Below, piece by piece: positions 9,724 through 19,503 of a stretch of 61,608 nt of DNA; position 1 is the first letter of the stretch; the number at the start of each line of letters is the position of its first letter. A program made the position numbers and the translations under genes. Source of the DNA: Candidatus Omnitrophota bacterium (GTDB lineage: Bacteria; Omnitrophota; Gorgyraeia; Zapsychrales; JANLHA01); NCBI GenBank assembly GCA_031423615.1, contig JANPFV010000122.1, forward strand, positions 1-61,608. The letters run 5' to 3'. The notes below the pieces were generated by a model, which saw nothing but the letters and a program-made list of their open reading frames with translations, was not told the DNA's origin and made no database searches.

Positions 9724-11810
9724 TTTTCCTTTTTAATCATGACCCACCTTCTTAACACCATCCAGACCAAGGAAGCAAAAATCAAACATATAACCAGAAC
9801 CAGGGAAAGAGAAATCAGGGTCATCCCTCGCGGGGCATAACGCAAAACAATTTCATTGGTTCCCGCCGGCAAATCAATTCCCTTAAAGGCCAGATTGGCA
9901 CGATAAATTTCTGCCGGCCGGTCATTGATAAAAGCCTGCCAATCCTTGTGATAACTGTCCGTATAAACCAAGGTCTTTTCTTGGTTGTACTGCGTTTGAA
10001 TGATAATCGAATTTACATCAAAATGTGTCACGCGAAATTGTTCAGAAGGGCCTTCAATAGCGAAAGCCGTTGTAAAGTTCACTGACATTTTTAAAGCCTT
10101 TATCCCATCATAGACATAAAATTTATGACGGGTATAGCGCTGCAAGACATCGAAAGGTTCTCGCAATGTCAGATCATAGGACCAAAAAGTTGGAAAACCG
10201 ACTTCGTAAAAACGGCTGGCATCCGTCATGGTAATTCGCGATTTTGCGGTATCATCATTGCCAATCGGACGGGGAGACACCGGCCTCACATAAGAAAAAA
10301 CCGGTTTCGTAGACGGGAAGCGCAGGCATTCTTCGATGAAAGCCCGCTCGAGCGGCGGGGAAGCCGAATAACCTTCGTGATTGTGTCGGCTAAAAACTTC
10401 CCCGGGCTGAACCAGCAAACTCAAAAACAACAGAACGGATAGAATAATTTCCGTGCGTTTGTTATTGAAAACAAACACAAGCCAAAATAAAAAACTCAAT
10501 CCTAAGGCCGCATAAGAAGAACTAATAATATAAGGTTGGTGATAAAGAAAAAAAGCCAGTGCCGCATGAACAAGACCAATAAAAATAATAAATCCCGGCC
10601 GCTTCTTTAACGACCATGCTTTTCTGTTCTCCAGAAAAATCCGCATTTGTTCAGCGGCCAAGAGACACAAGGCCGCCAACAAAAACGGCAGGAAAAAATG
10701 CATATTGCGAATCAATTTGAAATACGAAACATGCTCAAAGACAAAACGATGAAAATGGGTTCCCGATGTCATAATGAAAAGCAACAAAGGCAGGGCCGTC
10801 GAGACACAGACAGCCATCACGCGTGTTGTCCTCAATAAAGCTCCTAAAATCAAAACAATATAAAAGAAAAAAGAAAGATAAAAAAAACAATCATCACCAT
10901 ATTGGATCACGTCTAAATTGGCATAAATATCCTCGAGATCCATACGGCTCGAAAGACCGTTTGCCGCAACTCTTTCATAATCCACAAAATCCGCCCCAGC
11001 CTTTTTTTCGATATTCTGATTACGAAAAGGGACAACGACTTCCTTATTAACCGTACTCTTATAGGCCCAATAACCGGGCATAAAAGCCAAAATAAGAACA
11101 GCTAAAGAAAGAAGCACCAACCCGCCATGGCCGCGAACAAACCGGCTTCCCCGTGACATGACAATTCTTATCGACGAAAAATAAAATATGCTCATCACGG
11201 CACAAATTATCACGAACACGGTCAGAAAATAAAAAGGAAGATACGATGTCAGAATAAGGACGGCTGTCAACGTGAGACCTGTTCCTGTCAAACGGGAGGG
11301 ATTTTTTAAAAAGGAAAAGAAAAAATATAAAAACCAAAGGCCGGGGACATACAGCAAGGGCGGATGATATTGGGCGAAGAGCGACAAACTGATAGAAGAG
11401 AATAAAAATAATAAAAATGCAAAATACGCCGCGCTTTTATTTTGCAAAATAAGTTGAGCCAACAGATAGAACCCCAACATCCCTGTCCAGAAATATCCCG
11501 CGATCGTAAAAAGAAAAGCCTGATAATAGCTCAGTCCGCAGGCATTTAAAATAGGAATCAGCAGCCAAAAAGGATTATAAATGCCGACATAATTAAAAAG
11601 GATATGCGTAGGCTCGCCCCAGAGCACAAAAGGTTCCCACAAGGGGAAGACTCCGAGTTTCATGTTGTCGATATAAAATTTTACAACCGAATAAATGTGG
11701 AGGGTTTCCGAGCTGATGACCGCCTGACCCGAAAGAAAAGATTTAAAAAGAAAGCACCAAATCCCGAGAGGGAGAAAGAACTTTAAAAAAGATTGCCATT
11801 TATTTTTCAC
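9714..11810 (-). CDS. YfhO-like polytopic membrane protein (GT-C-like glycosyltransferase)
   Basis: Many TM helices; FPLWEPF...GEP N-terminal motif; C-terminal LVYTDSYHKDWQAFIN...RANLAFKGIDLPAG typical of YfhO. Confidence 0.75.
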   Translation of the reverse strand: MKNKWQSFLKFFLPLGIWCFLFKSFLSGQAVISSETLHIYSVVKFYIDNMKLGVFPLWEPFVLWGEPTHILFNYVGIYNPFWLLIPILNACGLSYYQAFLFTIAGYFWTGMLGFYLLAQLILQNKSAAYFAFLLFLFSSISLSLFAQYHPPLLYVPGLWFLYFFFSFLKNPSRLTGTGLTLTAVLILTSYLPFYFLTVFVIICAVMSIFYFSSIRIVMSRGSRFVRGHGGLVLLSLAVLILAFMPGYWAYKSTVNKEVVVPFRNQNIEKKAGADFVDYERVAANGLSSRMDLEDIYANLDVIQYGDDCFFYLSFFFYIVLILGALLRTTRVMAVCVSTALPLLLFIMTSGTHFHRFVFEHVSYFKLIRNMHFFLPFLLAALCLLAAEQMRIFLENRKAWSLKKRPGFIIFIGLVHAALAFFLYHQPYIISSSYAALGLSFLFWLVFVFNNKRTEIILSVLLFLSLLVQPGEVFSRHNHEGYSASPPLERAFIEECLRFPSTKPVFSYVRPVSPRPIGNDDTAKSRITMTDASRFYEVGFPTFWSYDLTLREPFDVLQRYTRHKFYVYDGIKALKMSVNFTTAFAIEGPSEQFRVTHFDVNSIIIQTQYNQEKTLVYTDSYHKDWQAFINDRPAEIYRANLAFKGIDLPAGTNEIVLRYAPRGMTLISLSLVLVICLIFASLVWMVLRRWVMIKKEKCS

Positions 11811-12879
11811 AAGCCACTTTGATCAATTCTAAAGGAGAATAGCGGACCGATGTTGGAATAAAGCATCCGTGTGTGCAATCGCATTTATGGCGGGCGGTGT
11901 CTTCCCGCACAGGTTGAAAAACTTTGTCCCTCAACGCGGTATTCAGATCAAAACCATAATCGCGGATATTGACTTTTTCCGACCGCAATTCGCAGGCGGC
12001 AAGTATCCCGTCGGGATAAAGAACAGCCATCCTTTTTCCTGCGCAGCACTTGACCGGCCACGGTTTTTTACGCAAAAAATTCTCATAAGCAATATCAAAA
12101 TTGTGCAGGCTGTATTTTGTGATCAAGCCGTTAAAAAAGGGGCTGGCAAAAATACTGGCTGACGTCCCCTGAAATTTCCTCAAGTAGGACTTGAGATTGT
12201 CCCGCAAAAACGCGACTGTCTCGCCGGAAAGATACAAATCGCTCACCAAATCCGGCTTATCACGAACCGGTTCGAACCAATGATAATCCGGCGAAACCTT
12301 TTCCCGGATATAAAAGGCCAAATCCCGGTGGTCTTTGAGTGTCCCTTTTGTCAAAACCGAGACAACCAGAATCCTCAAGCGGGTGTGCGGCCCCCGCAGA
12401 TCTTTCAACGCGCGGATCGTTTGTTCCGCTCTTTGAAAGCAACCTTTGAGTTCTCGCACCGCGTCATGCTTTTCACCGATGGCATCCAAGGAAACCTGAA
12501 TCGATAGATCCAATTGCGGAAACGCCGTCGTGATGTTCTTGACAAAGGTGGTAATGCGATCTGAAAAAAACCCATTGGTGGGAATTTGTACGACGCTGAC
12601 GCGACAGTTTCTTACAAAGGCCGCGACTACTTCGAAAAGATCGGTCCGTAGAAATGGTTCGCCCCCGCCGATCAAAAGACCATTAAGCGATCCTAGTTTC
12701 TTAGAAATCTGCACAATCTGATCTAAGGTCATTTCCGGAACATGATTTAATTCATCGCCGTAAAAGCAAAAATGACATTTAGCATTACACCGGCTCGTGA
12801 CATAAAGAATCAAGGTATCCAAGCCGGGAGGCTTCAATAGTTTTGCAGACTCTTTGACAAAAAATTTAATATTGTCCAT
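11800..12879 (-). CDS. Radical SAM protein with SPASM/twitch-like C-terminal Cys cluster
   Basis: CNAKCHFC, GGGEPFLR, C-terminal CCAG...C...CDCTHGC. Confidence 0.9.
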   Translation of the reverse strand: MDNIKFFVKESAKLLKPPGLDTLILYVTSRCNAKCHFCFYGDELNHVPEMTLDQIVQISKKLGSLNGLLIGGGEPFLRTDLFEVVAAFVRNCRVSVVQIPTNGFFSDRITTFVKNITTAFPQLDLSIQVSLDAIGEKHDAVRELKGCFQRAEQTIRALKDLRGPHTRLRILVVSVLTKGTLKDHRDLAFYIREKVSPDYHWFEPVRDKPDLVSDLYLSGETVAFLRDNLKSYLRKFQGTSASIFASPFFNGLITKYSLHNFDIAYENFLRKKPWPVKCCAGKRMAVLYPDGILAACELRSEKVNIRDYGFDLNTALRDKVFQPVREDTARHKCDCTHGCFIPTSVRYSPLELIKVACEK

Positions 12880-12881
12880 AA

Positions 12882-13877
12882 TTAAATCCTGTCATAAATC
12901 TTAACCGCCGTTTTGTAAAAAAACGGTGGCAAAAAAGAAAGAACACGCAGACCCGTCATCCGAACTTCAAAATTGAGAGGCTGGCACTTAGAATGAAAAA
13001 GATACTCTTGGGCCTCGCGATTATGGCAGGCGTTCAATCTTTGAATACCGGCGCGCTGATAAATCATGGCCACGGCCCGCTCGAAATCTTTTTTCCGTTT
13101 TTCCAATAACCCTTGTCGGCGATACATTCTTTCCAGAATTCCGACATTCACCTTCACATAATCCCTACGGTTAACAAAATGTCTTCCCTTATTATTGACC
13201 CTGTAAATCATTAAGGATTCACTAATGGCTTTTACCCCGGACGGGAAACGTTCGGCCATCCTCACAAAGAGATCCCAATCCTCAGAAACACCCAAGGTTT
13301 CATTAAATAATCCCACTTCTACAAGGGCCCTTTTCTTGAAAGCATTGGAAGAAAAGGTGTGATAATTATATCCCCTAAGATGATAAGCATTGACGTCTTT
13401 CCCCGACGGGAGAAGGCCTCCTGGGAAACCATGATAACGCGAATTCGGCTTGCGGTGCAATTTTTCATCGACAAGATAATGGCCATTGGCATAAACCCAA
13501 ACGATATCCGGTTGGGTCAAAAAAAGATCCATTTGCTTTTGAAGGATTGTGGGCTGCCAGACATCGTCGGCATCGAGAAAGGCTATATATTCCCCTCGCG
13601 CAAAATTGATCCCGATATTGCGGGAATAACCCGGGCCCTTATTGTCAGGGTTACGGTGGATCGTTATAAGACCTTTGTCTTGTCTAATATTCAACTTCTC
13701 CAGCGTCAGTGCGGGTTGAGAACCGTCGTCTACAATTAAAATTTCAATATGGGGATACGTATTATCAAGGCAGGACCGGAGGGCTTCCTCTAAAAATTTA
13801 AAATCGTTATAAAAAGGAATAATGACCGAAACAAGCGGCAATTCCAAATCTGTTTTATGGTTTTTCAGTTCGGCCAT
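12882..13877 (-). CDS. Glycosyltransferase family 2
   Basis: VSVIIPFYN, VDDGS, FLDADD, EDWDL. Confidence 0.9.
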   Translation of the reverse strand: MAELKNHKTDLELPLVSVIIPFYNDFKFLEEALRSCLDNTYPHIEILIVDDGSQPALTLEKLNIRQDKGLITIHRNPDNKGPGYSRNIGINFARGEYIAFLDADDVWQPTILQKQMDLFLTQPDIVWVYANGHYLVDEKLHRKPNSRYHGFPGGLLPSGKDVNAYHLRGYNYHTFSSNAFKKRALVEVGLFNETLGVSEDWDLFVRMAERFPSGVKAISESLMIYRVNNKGRHFVNRRDYVKVNVGILERMYRRQGLLEKRKKDFERAVAMIYQRAGIQRLNACHNREAQEYLFHSKCQPLNFEVRMTGLRVLSFLPPFFYKTAVKIYDRI

Positions 13878-14018
13878 TTTGTTATTATCTACTCTCTGAT
13901 CGACAAGTCAAGCCGGTTTAAAAAACAAATTATAATCATTCGTTTAAAAATTTTATTTGTTATAATGAATTACTCTTAACGAATTTGCTTCAGTCTTTCT
14001 AAAAAGTTTTCGCGTATT

Positions 14019-15566
14019 ATGATCATGAAAAATGAAAAACCGGCCGTTCTCCTTCTGTATCCTAAAACGGGTATGGACTTCGGTTCCACCATTGCTCCGC
14101 CGCATGCCTTGTTAACAATTGCCGCGCCGGTTTTAAAAGCCGGCTACTCCGTTAAAATCCTCGATCAACGCGTCGAATCCATCACAAAAGAAATCATGGA
14201 AAACTTTTTGTCCACCGACACAATTTGTGTCGGCATTTCTTCCATGACCGGAACGCAGATCCATTATGCTTTAAAACTGGCGCAAATGGTCCGAGACATT
14301 GTGGGACACAAAGTCCCTCTCGTCTGGGGCGGGTGCCATCCTTCCGTTGCCGCCGAACAGACTTTAGAGCATGAAAATGTGGATATTGTCGCCATCGGCG
14401 AAGGGGATGAAACCTTTGTCGAACTTGTGGACGCCCTGGCGCATAAACGCACATTGCGCACCGTTAAAGGCATCCTCTACAAAGACGGTTCCGCCTTTGT
14501 AAAAACCGATTGCCGTTCTCTTTTGGATGTCGAAAGCCTTTTGCCGACTCCCTGGGAACTTATTGACGTTGAAAAATATATTCATCGGGATATGTATGTC
14601 CAATCGCGGACCCGCGTTCTCGATGTGGGGCAGACCAGCCGCGGCTGTCCTTTCAATTGCGGCTTCTGCTCCAGCGCTTCCATCCGGGAAAGAAAATGGC
14701 GCGCCGTTTCAGTAAACAAAACCTTGGCCCGCATTGAAGATGAAATCAAACGGTTTAAGCTTGACGGGATTTGGTTACGTGACGACGAATTTTATATCAA
14801 CCGCAAACGTGCTACGGACATTTGCCAGGGTTTCATCGACCGCGAATTTAATTTAAACTTTTATACATCCGGAACACGAGCGGACGTTTTTATGAAAGCT
14901 TCCGACGCTGACATTGGTGTGCTCAAACGCTCCGGAGCGCATACGTTGAAATTCGGCGCGGAGTCCGGATCGCAACGCATTTTAGACCTCATGATCAAAG
15001 GCATCACCGTCCAGCAAACCCTTGATGCCAACGAACGCTGCAAGAAATTCGGGATCACGCCGGTCTTTGGCTTGATGATTGGGTATCCGACGGAAACATT
15101 CGCCGAAATCAACCAAACCATCGATCTTGGCTTTCGCATTAAAAAAGAAAATCCCAATGCCCAGCTTGAAACCATGGCGATTTTTACTCCTCTGCCCGGA
15201 ACGCCGGACTTTCGCTTGTCTTTAAAACACGGCCTTGTCCCGCCGAAATCTCTGGAAGAATGGGGTGATTGGATCTTTGATGATTATGATCTTCAAGGCC
15301 GACGTAACCCGTGGTTTGATGTTCAAGGCCGTATGAAATTAGGAAACATTTCTTATATGAGTATTTTGGCCAATGCGCTGGAGAATGTCATGGGGAGTTT
15401 GAATAATCGGCCGCTACGCTATGTGGCGACCCGTCTTTCCAAGCCGGTGAGTTATTATTACACGCAGAAATTGAACAACAAAATGTATAACTTTGCTCCG
15501 GACCTGCAATTGGTCCGCCATTTGCGCCATGAACTTTTTTACAAAAGCGATTTTACCATCAATTAA
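14019..15566 (+). CDS. Cobalamin-binding (class B-like) radical SAM protein
   Basis: B12-binding N-domain (VGISSMT, WGGCHPS, GEGDET), [23 protein letters not shown]. Confidence 0.9.
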   Translation: MIMKNEKPAVLLLYPKTGMDFGSTIAPPHALLTIAAPVLKAGYSVKILDQRVESITKEIMENFLSTDTICVGISSMTGTQIHYALKLAQMVRDIVGHKVPLVWGGCHPSVAAEQTLEHENVDIVAIGEGDETFVELVDALAHKRTLRTVKGILYKDGSAFVKTDCRSLLDVESLLPTPWELIDVEKYIHRDMYVQSRTRVLDVGQTSRGCPFNCGFCSSASIRERKWRAVSVNKTLARIEDEIKRFKLDGIWLRDDEFYINRKRATDICQGFIDREFNLNFYTSGTRADVFMKASDADIGVLKRSGAHTLKFGAESGSQRILDLMIKGITVQQTLDANERCKKFGITPVFGLMIGYPTETFAEINQTIDLGFRIKKENPNAQLETMAIFTPLPGTPDFRLSLKHGLVPPKSLEEWGDWIFDDYDLQGRRNPWFDVQGRMKLGNISYMSILANALENVMGSLNNRPLRYVATRLSKPVSYYYTQKLNNKMYNFAPDLQLVRHLRHELFYKSDFTIN

Positions 15567-15569
15567 AAT

Positions 15570-15878
15570 ATGGAAAATACCAACGTATTAAATCCTCAGC
15601 CTGTTCCAACATCCGTTCCTGTCGTTGAAACTCAAGAGAAGAAAGTCAGTGCCACCAACGATAAAATGCGTGTAGAAATCATTAAAGCCCGCGAAGTCAA
15701 CACGACTCTTTTCACCCAGACCTGGATCCTTTTAGCCTCCGGCGTTTTAATGATCGCCACCTGTTTGCTAATCGCTTATTTGCACGTTTATAAAGTTTTT
15801 AGGAAATTTAAAATCCCCGACCCGTTTCATGATTCCCGCAAACACCCGCTCAATGATCCGCACGCTGCGCGCGGCTGA
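15570..15878 (+). CDS. Hypothetical single-TM protein
   Basis: Starts 3 nt after the rSAM stop; one hydrophobic helix. Confidence 0.55.
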   Translation: MENTNVLNPQPVPTSVPVVETQEKKVSATNDKMRVEIIKAREVNTTLFTQTWILLASGVLMIATCLLIAYLHVYKVFRKFKIPDPFHDSRKHPLNDPHAARG

Positions 15879-15890
15879 CAACAATCTTTC

Positions 15891-16862
15891 TTATTTGATA
15901 ATTGCATTAAGCTCAAATTGGGTATGCGGGCCGCGGGACTTGGCGGCCTGAAGACAAATCTCCCGCACCAAAGGATGGGTCTCAACACTCATTTGCAAAG
16001 ACCAGACCGCCGCCGCCTTTATCATCATGTATTCAATTTCCTCGTCGGATAAATTGAGAATCTTGCGGATCTCCAGGGCCTTTTTAGAAGGCTGTCCCGG
16101 ACGGGCGGTTTTTGTCAAATAAGAAGAATACATCACATCCATATCTCCGGGATAATCGATTTTGGCCTTGGCAAAATCCATATCGATTTGCACTTCCTGC
16201 TGCAGAAGATCACTGGATTTCTTCTTTTCAATCTTAGAGTGTTTGGCCAGCATCCATTCCAGAAGTTTTTTGCGAAAAAGATCATCTCGGGAAACCACAT
16301 CAATAATTCTCAGCAGCGGTTCCTTCTGGCCCGTAACAAAAAAATCTGCCCAAAGAAAATCAATGTCCACCGCCTTTTTGACCTCTTGGGCCAAAGGATT
16401 AAAGGGATAAGGAATTCCTTTTTTCAAGGCCTCAAGGATGGCGGGCTTTTCCAATTTGAAATTCTTATCGTCCAATTTTTCTTTTAAAAAAACTTCGACC
16501 TTTTCATCGCCGCAAAGTTCCAGAACCATGAGGACAAATAAACGTCCCGGGTGCGAAGTTTTCACAAAAACCTCCCGATATTTTGGCACGAGAGCCGGCT
16601 CCTGCTGGGCTATCCTCGCAAAAATGTAGGCCACCGCGCCCAGCACTTCCGGCGGCTGGGTCTTAGGAAAATTGGAAGCGGCATAATGTTCAAGCGCAGC
16701 GGGGATTTTTTGAGGTTCGGGATTCTTATAAAAATTGGTTAAAATATCCTGATATTTCTTTTCTACCGCCGGTCCACCACCCATCTCCTTCGCTAAAGCG
16801 TGGATAGAAGGCGTCAATAAAAATACGACCGCCACCACAAAAATCCTGAAAGTCTTTTTCAT
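15891..16862 (-). CDS. Hypothetical secreted alpha-helical protein
   Basis: Signal peptide MKKTFRIF...ALA; GAGG RBS; 323 aa. Confidence 0.7.
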   Translation of the reverse strand: MKKTFRIFVVAVVFLLTPSIHALAKEMGGGPAVEKKYQDILTNFYKNPEPQKIPAALEHYAASNFPKTQPPEVLGAVAYIFARIAQQEPALVPKYREVFVKTSHPGRLFVLMVLELCGDEKVEVFLKEKLDDKNFKLEKPAILEALKKGIPYPFNPLAQEVKKAVDIDFLWADFFVTGQKEPLLRIIDVVSRDDLFRKKLLEWMLAKHSKIEKKKSSDLLQQEVQIDMDFAKAKIDYPGDMDVMYSSYLTKTARPGQPSKKALEIRKILNLSDEEIEYMMIKAAAVWSLQMSVETHPLVREICLQAAKSRGPHTQFELNAIIK

Positions 16863-16919
16863 ATATTCCTCGATCTGCTTAGAATTTTATTAAACCTTTT
16901 TATAATATCGATTTTTCTC

Positions 16920-18422
16920 TCAGGAGCTGGTCATAAAATTATATTTGGGATTTTTAGTCCGGAAATACTGCGGATAAATAATCTCCATAAAGGAATAAAC
17001 ATCGTCGGGATTGCGTTCTGACCGGCGGACATTGGAACACTTGAAATTTCCCGGGAAAGTCGGCGCGACATAAAAAGAAAAGCCTGGCTCTTGGCCTTTA
17101 CTGGCAATCAACAAATTGAGCGTCCGCAAAAGGACCAAGGTTTGATTGCTCGCGTTGGCTTGCCTTTGGTTATTTTGATAAAGATTAACGCCATTATGCA
17201 AGGTCAGCAAAATTACTAGAAAAGCGAGGATAAATTTATCTCTCTTTTGTATGGTGATCCGGCTTAACAAAGCATAACCAATCATGACCATCATCAGCCA
17301 GAAAAAATAAGCATAATAAATATTTTTAAAAATGGTTTCTTCCAAACCCCGCGGATTGGATCGTCCGACCGTAATCAATACCAAAAAAATTAAAAGAAGA
17401 ACGGTGACATTTCCGATCCACAGGGTGAGTGGTTTTTTCTTTCTTTCCAAAGTCATCCGCTGAAAAAATAAAACCGCTAAGACAACCAAAAGAACAATCG
17501 CGATCCACACAAATGGCTCTTGCCAATTCACTGTAGGAATAGGAAATAACATCTTATGCGGGTCAAACATATTGCGCTCGCCCAAGTTCCAGATAATCTG
17601 CGACGGAAACAAGCCCTGAAACAGCCACCATTGGAGCATAATAACGGCATTCAAAAAAGTTTTATTCAAAGACAATTTGATAATATCATGGGCCTCCGGA
17701 GCTACGGCGCCATGCACACCCCAAAAATTCCACGCATTTAATGCAGCATAACTTACCATCGGCAAAAGCAAGAGCCAGGCCCTGACACGCTGACGAGGAT
17801 ATTTCCACCATATCCAGATAAAAATCACCAGGCTGTAAACATTGCCACTCTCATAAGAAAAGCACATCACAAACAAGGCCCCCAGCATAACAATCCAATC
17901 GCGGGTAGTCATCTGGTCGTACAGCATCAAGCGTAAAATTTTAAGCAAACAAAACAAAAAAACCATATAGGTGGAAATCTGGTCCCAAATGACCATTTCC
18001 ATATTGCTGCTGAGCAAAGCAAAAAAACCGGCGGCCACAATCGCCCCAAAACCAGCCCGCAATTCGAGCAATAAGGCCAAAAGCTGCCAGATAACAGCCA
18101 GATGCATTACGATTCCAAACAATTGCCACAAGATAAAATTGTTTCCGAAAAAAAATTGTTCGGCGCCCAAAATAAAATAAACCCCAGGCCGAAAAAGCAA
18201 CTGGTCTCCGGGGGCAAATTGTCTTTGCCGATTAAGGTCATAAGACCCTACGGTCAAATCCCACAAGCTATGTTTATCCCTAACCTCGGCTAAATATCCG
18301 ATCTGATCTCCCCGTGGAATATGGAGCAAAGACGGAGAATACGCAATCAGGACGGCCAGAGCAATAAGGCTAAAACCTATCCATTGTTTGACAAGCGGAT
18401 CATGAAAAGAAATTTGACGCAT
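16920..18422 (-). CDS. Polytopic membrane protein, possible GT-C-like glycosyltransferase
   Basis: Many TM helices with GDQ...FRP motif after TM1; start set at MRQISF, downstream of TTGCAA-17-TATACT (18458-18486). Confidence 0.6.
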   Translation of the reverse strand: MRQISFHDPLVKQWIGFSLIALAVLIAYSPSLLHIPRGDQIGYLAEVRDKHSLWDLTVGSYDLNRQRQFAPGDQLLFRPGVYFILGAEQFFFGNNFILWQLFGIVMHLAVIWQLLALLLELRAGFGAIVAAGFFALLSSNMEMVIWDQISTYMVFLFCLLKILRLMLYDQMTTRDWIVMLGALFVMCFSYESGNVYSLVIFIWIWWKYPRQRVRAWLLLLPMVSYAALNAWNFWGVHGAVAPEAHDIIKLSLNKTFLNAVIMLQWWLFQGLFPSQIIWNLGERNMFDPHKMLFPIPTVNWQEPFVWIAIVLLVVLAVLFFQRMTLERKKKPLTLWIGNVTVLLLIFLVLITVGRSNPRGLEETIFKNIYYAYFFWLMMVMIGYALLSRITIQKRDKFILAFLVILLTLHNGVNLYQNNQRQANASNQTLVLLRTLNLLIASKGQEPGFSFYVAPTFPGNFKCSNVRRSERNPDDVYSFMEIIYPQYFRTKNPKYNFMTSS

Positions 18423-18539
18423 AAGGAACACAAATGGGATGTGAAGTATTTTGGAACAGTATAAGACAAAGAAAAACCCTTTGCAAAATTTATTCTCTGC
18501 AAAGGGCGCCAAACGGCTTAACGCCAGACGGGATTAATC

Positions 18540-18923
18540 TTAAATATTCGGGACATGGTCCTTACTTCCCCTGATATAGACGCTCAACAGAAATTTTAAG
18601 TAACATTTAGAAAAAAAGAACCCCACCGTTAAAGACGCAATGAAGCCTACAATAAAAAAAGCCATCCGGTATTGGAGGCCGAAGATAGGGACTAATTGAG
18701 GGGCCAGAATAAAAAATAGAACTACCGGGGCGAGGATCAACAAACAATAGTTTAAACAATCAAAAAACCAAAAACCCCCGGTTTTATGCAAGCGGCAATA
18801 TTGACACCGGTAGGCCCAACTGGAAAGAATGCCTTTGAAACCTGCTAAAATCAGGACCTCAGAGTCGATTCTACACTTGGGACATTTAAGAATGATCTTA
18901 TCCAAGAACGTTCCTTTCGACAA
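18540..18923 (-). CDS. Hypothetical Zn-ribbon plus two-TM protein
   Basis: CPKC...CQYC followed by two hydrophobic helices; start codon uncertain. Confidence 0.45.
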   Translation of the reverse strand: MSKGTFLDKIILKCPKCRIDSEVLILAGFKGILSSWAYRCQYCRLHKTGGFWFFDCLNYCLLILAPVVLFFILAPQLVPIFGLQYRMAFFIVGFIASLTVGFFFSKCYLKFLLSVYIRGSKDHVPNI

Positions 18924-18997
18924 AAACGAAAATTAAACTTCTTAAAGTATAAACTATAGAACAAATTTTTCCAAAAAAGAGGATCCTGTCGATTTTC

Positions 18998-19438
18998 TCA
19001 ATTACCGACGGGAATGCAAACTTCGGCACACCAATTTTCAACCTTTTTTTTAATTAAATCGCGGATCTTCCTAACCGCGGCCAGCTTTTCTTCTTTTGTG
19101 CCTGTCAGCCGGGAGGGGTCAGGAAACCCCCAGTGTTGCCTTTGACCTGCTCCCGGGAAAAGCGGGCATCGTTCGGCGCTGGCTTCATCGCAAACCGTTA
19201 TGACATGGCTAAAAAACAATTCCTTTTTTAATAAATCTTGCACTCCCTGGGTTTTCTTCTGAGAGATATCTATGCCGACTTCCTGCATAGCTTCGACAAC
19301 AAGGGGATTAAGTGTGCCCGGTTCCAGGCCAGCGCTCTGGGCTTCAAAGTCCTTAGCGCAAAAATGATTTAGCCACGCCTCGGCCATTTGGCTACGCGCC
19401 GAATTATGAATACAGACAAACAAAACTTTCTTTTTCAT
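18998..19438 (-). CDS. arsC: Arsenate reductase ArsC / LMW-PTP family
   Basis: VLFVCIHNSARSQMAE, ITVCD, CP...HWGFPDP. Confidence 0.88.
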   Translation of the reverse strand: MKKKVLFVCIHNSARSQMAEAWLNHFCAKDFEAQSAGLEPGTLNPLVVEAMQEVGIDISQKKTQGVQDLLKKELFFSHVITVCDEASAERCPLFPGAGQRQHWGFPDPSRLTGTKEEKLAAVRKIRDLIKKKVENWCAEVCIPVGN

Positions 19439-19503
19439 TTTTTTCTCCTCTAAAATATTTTTTTAAAATAAAGTACGGTTGTCGTCCATAAAACCCGTTT
19501 TCT

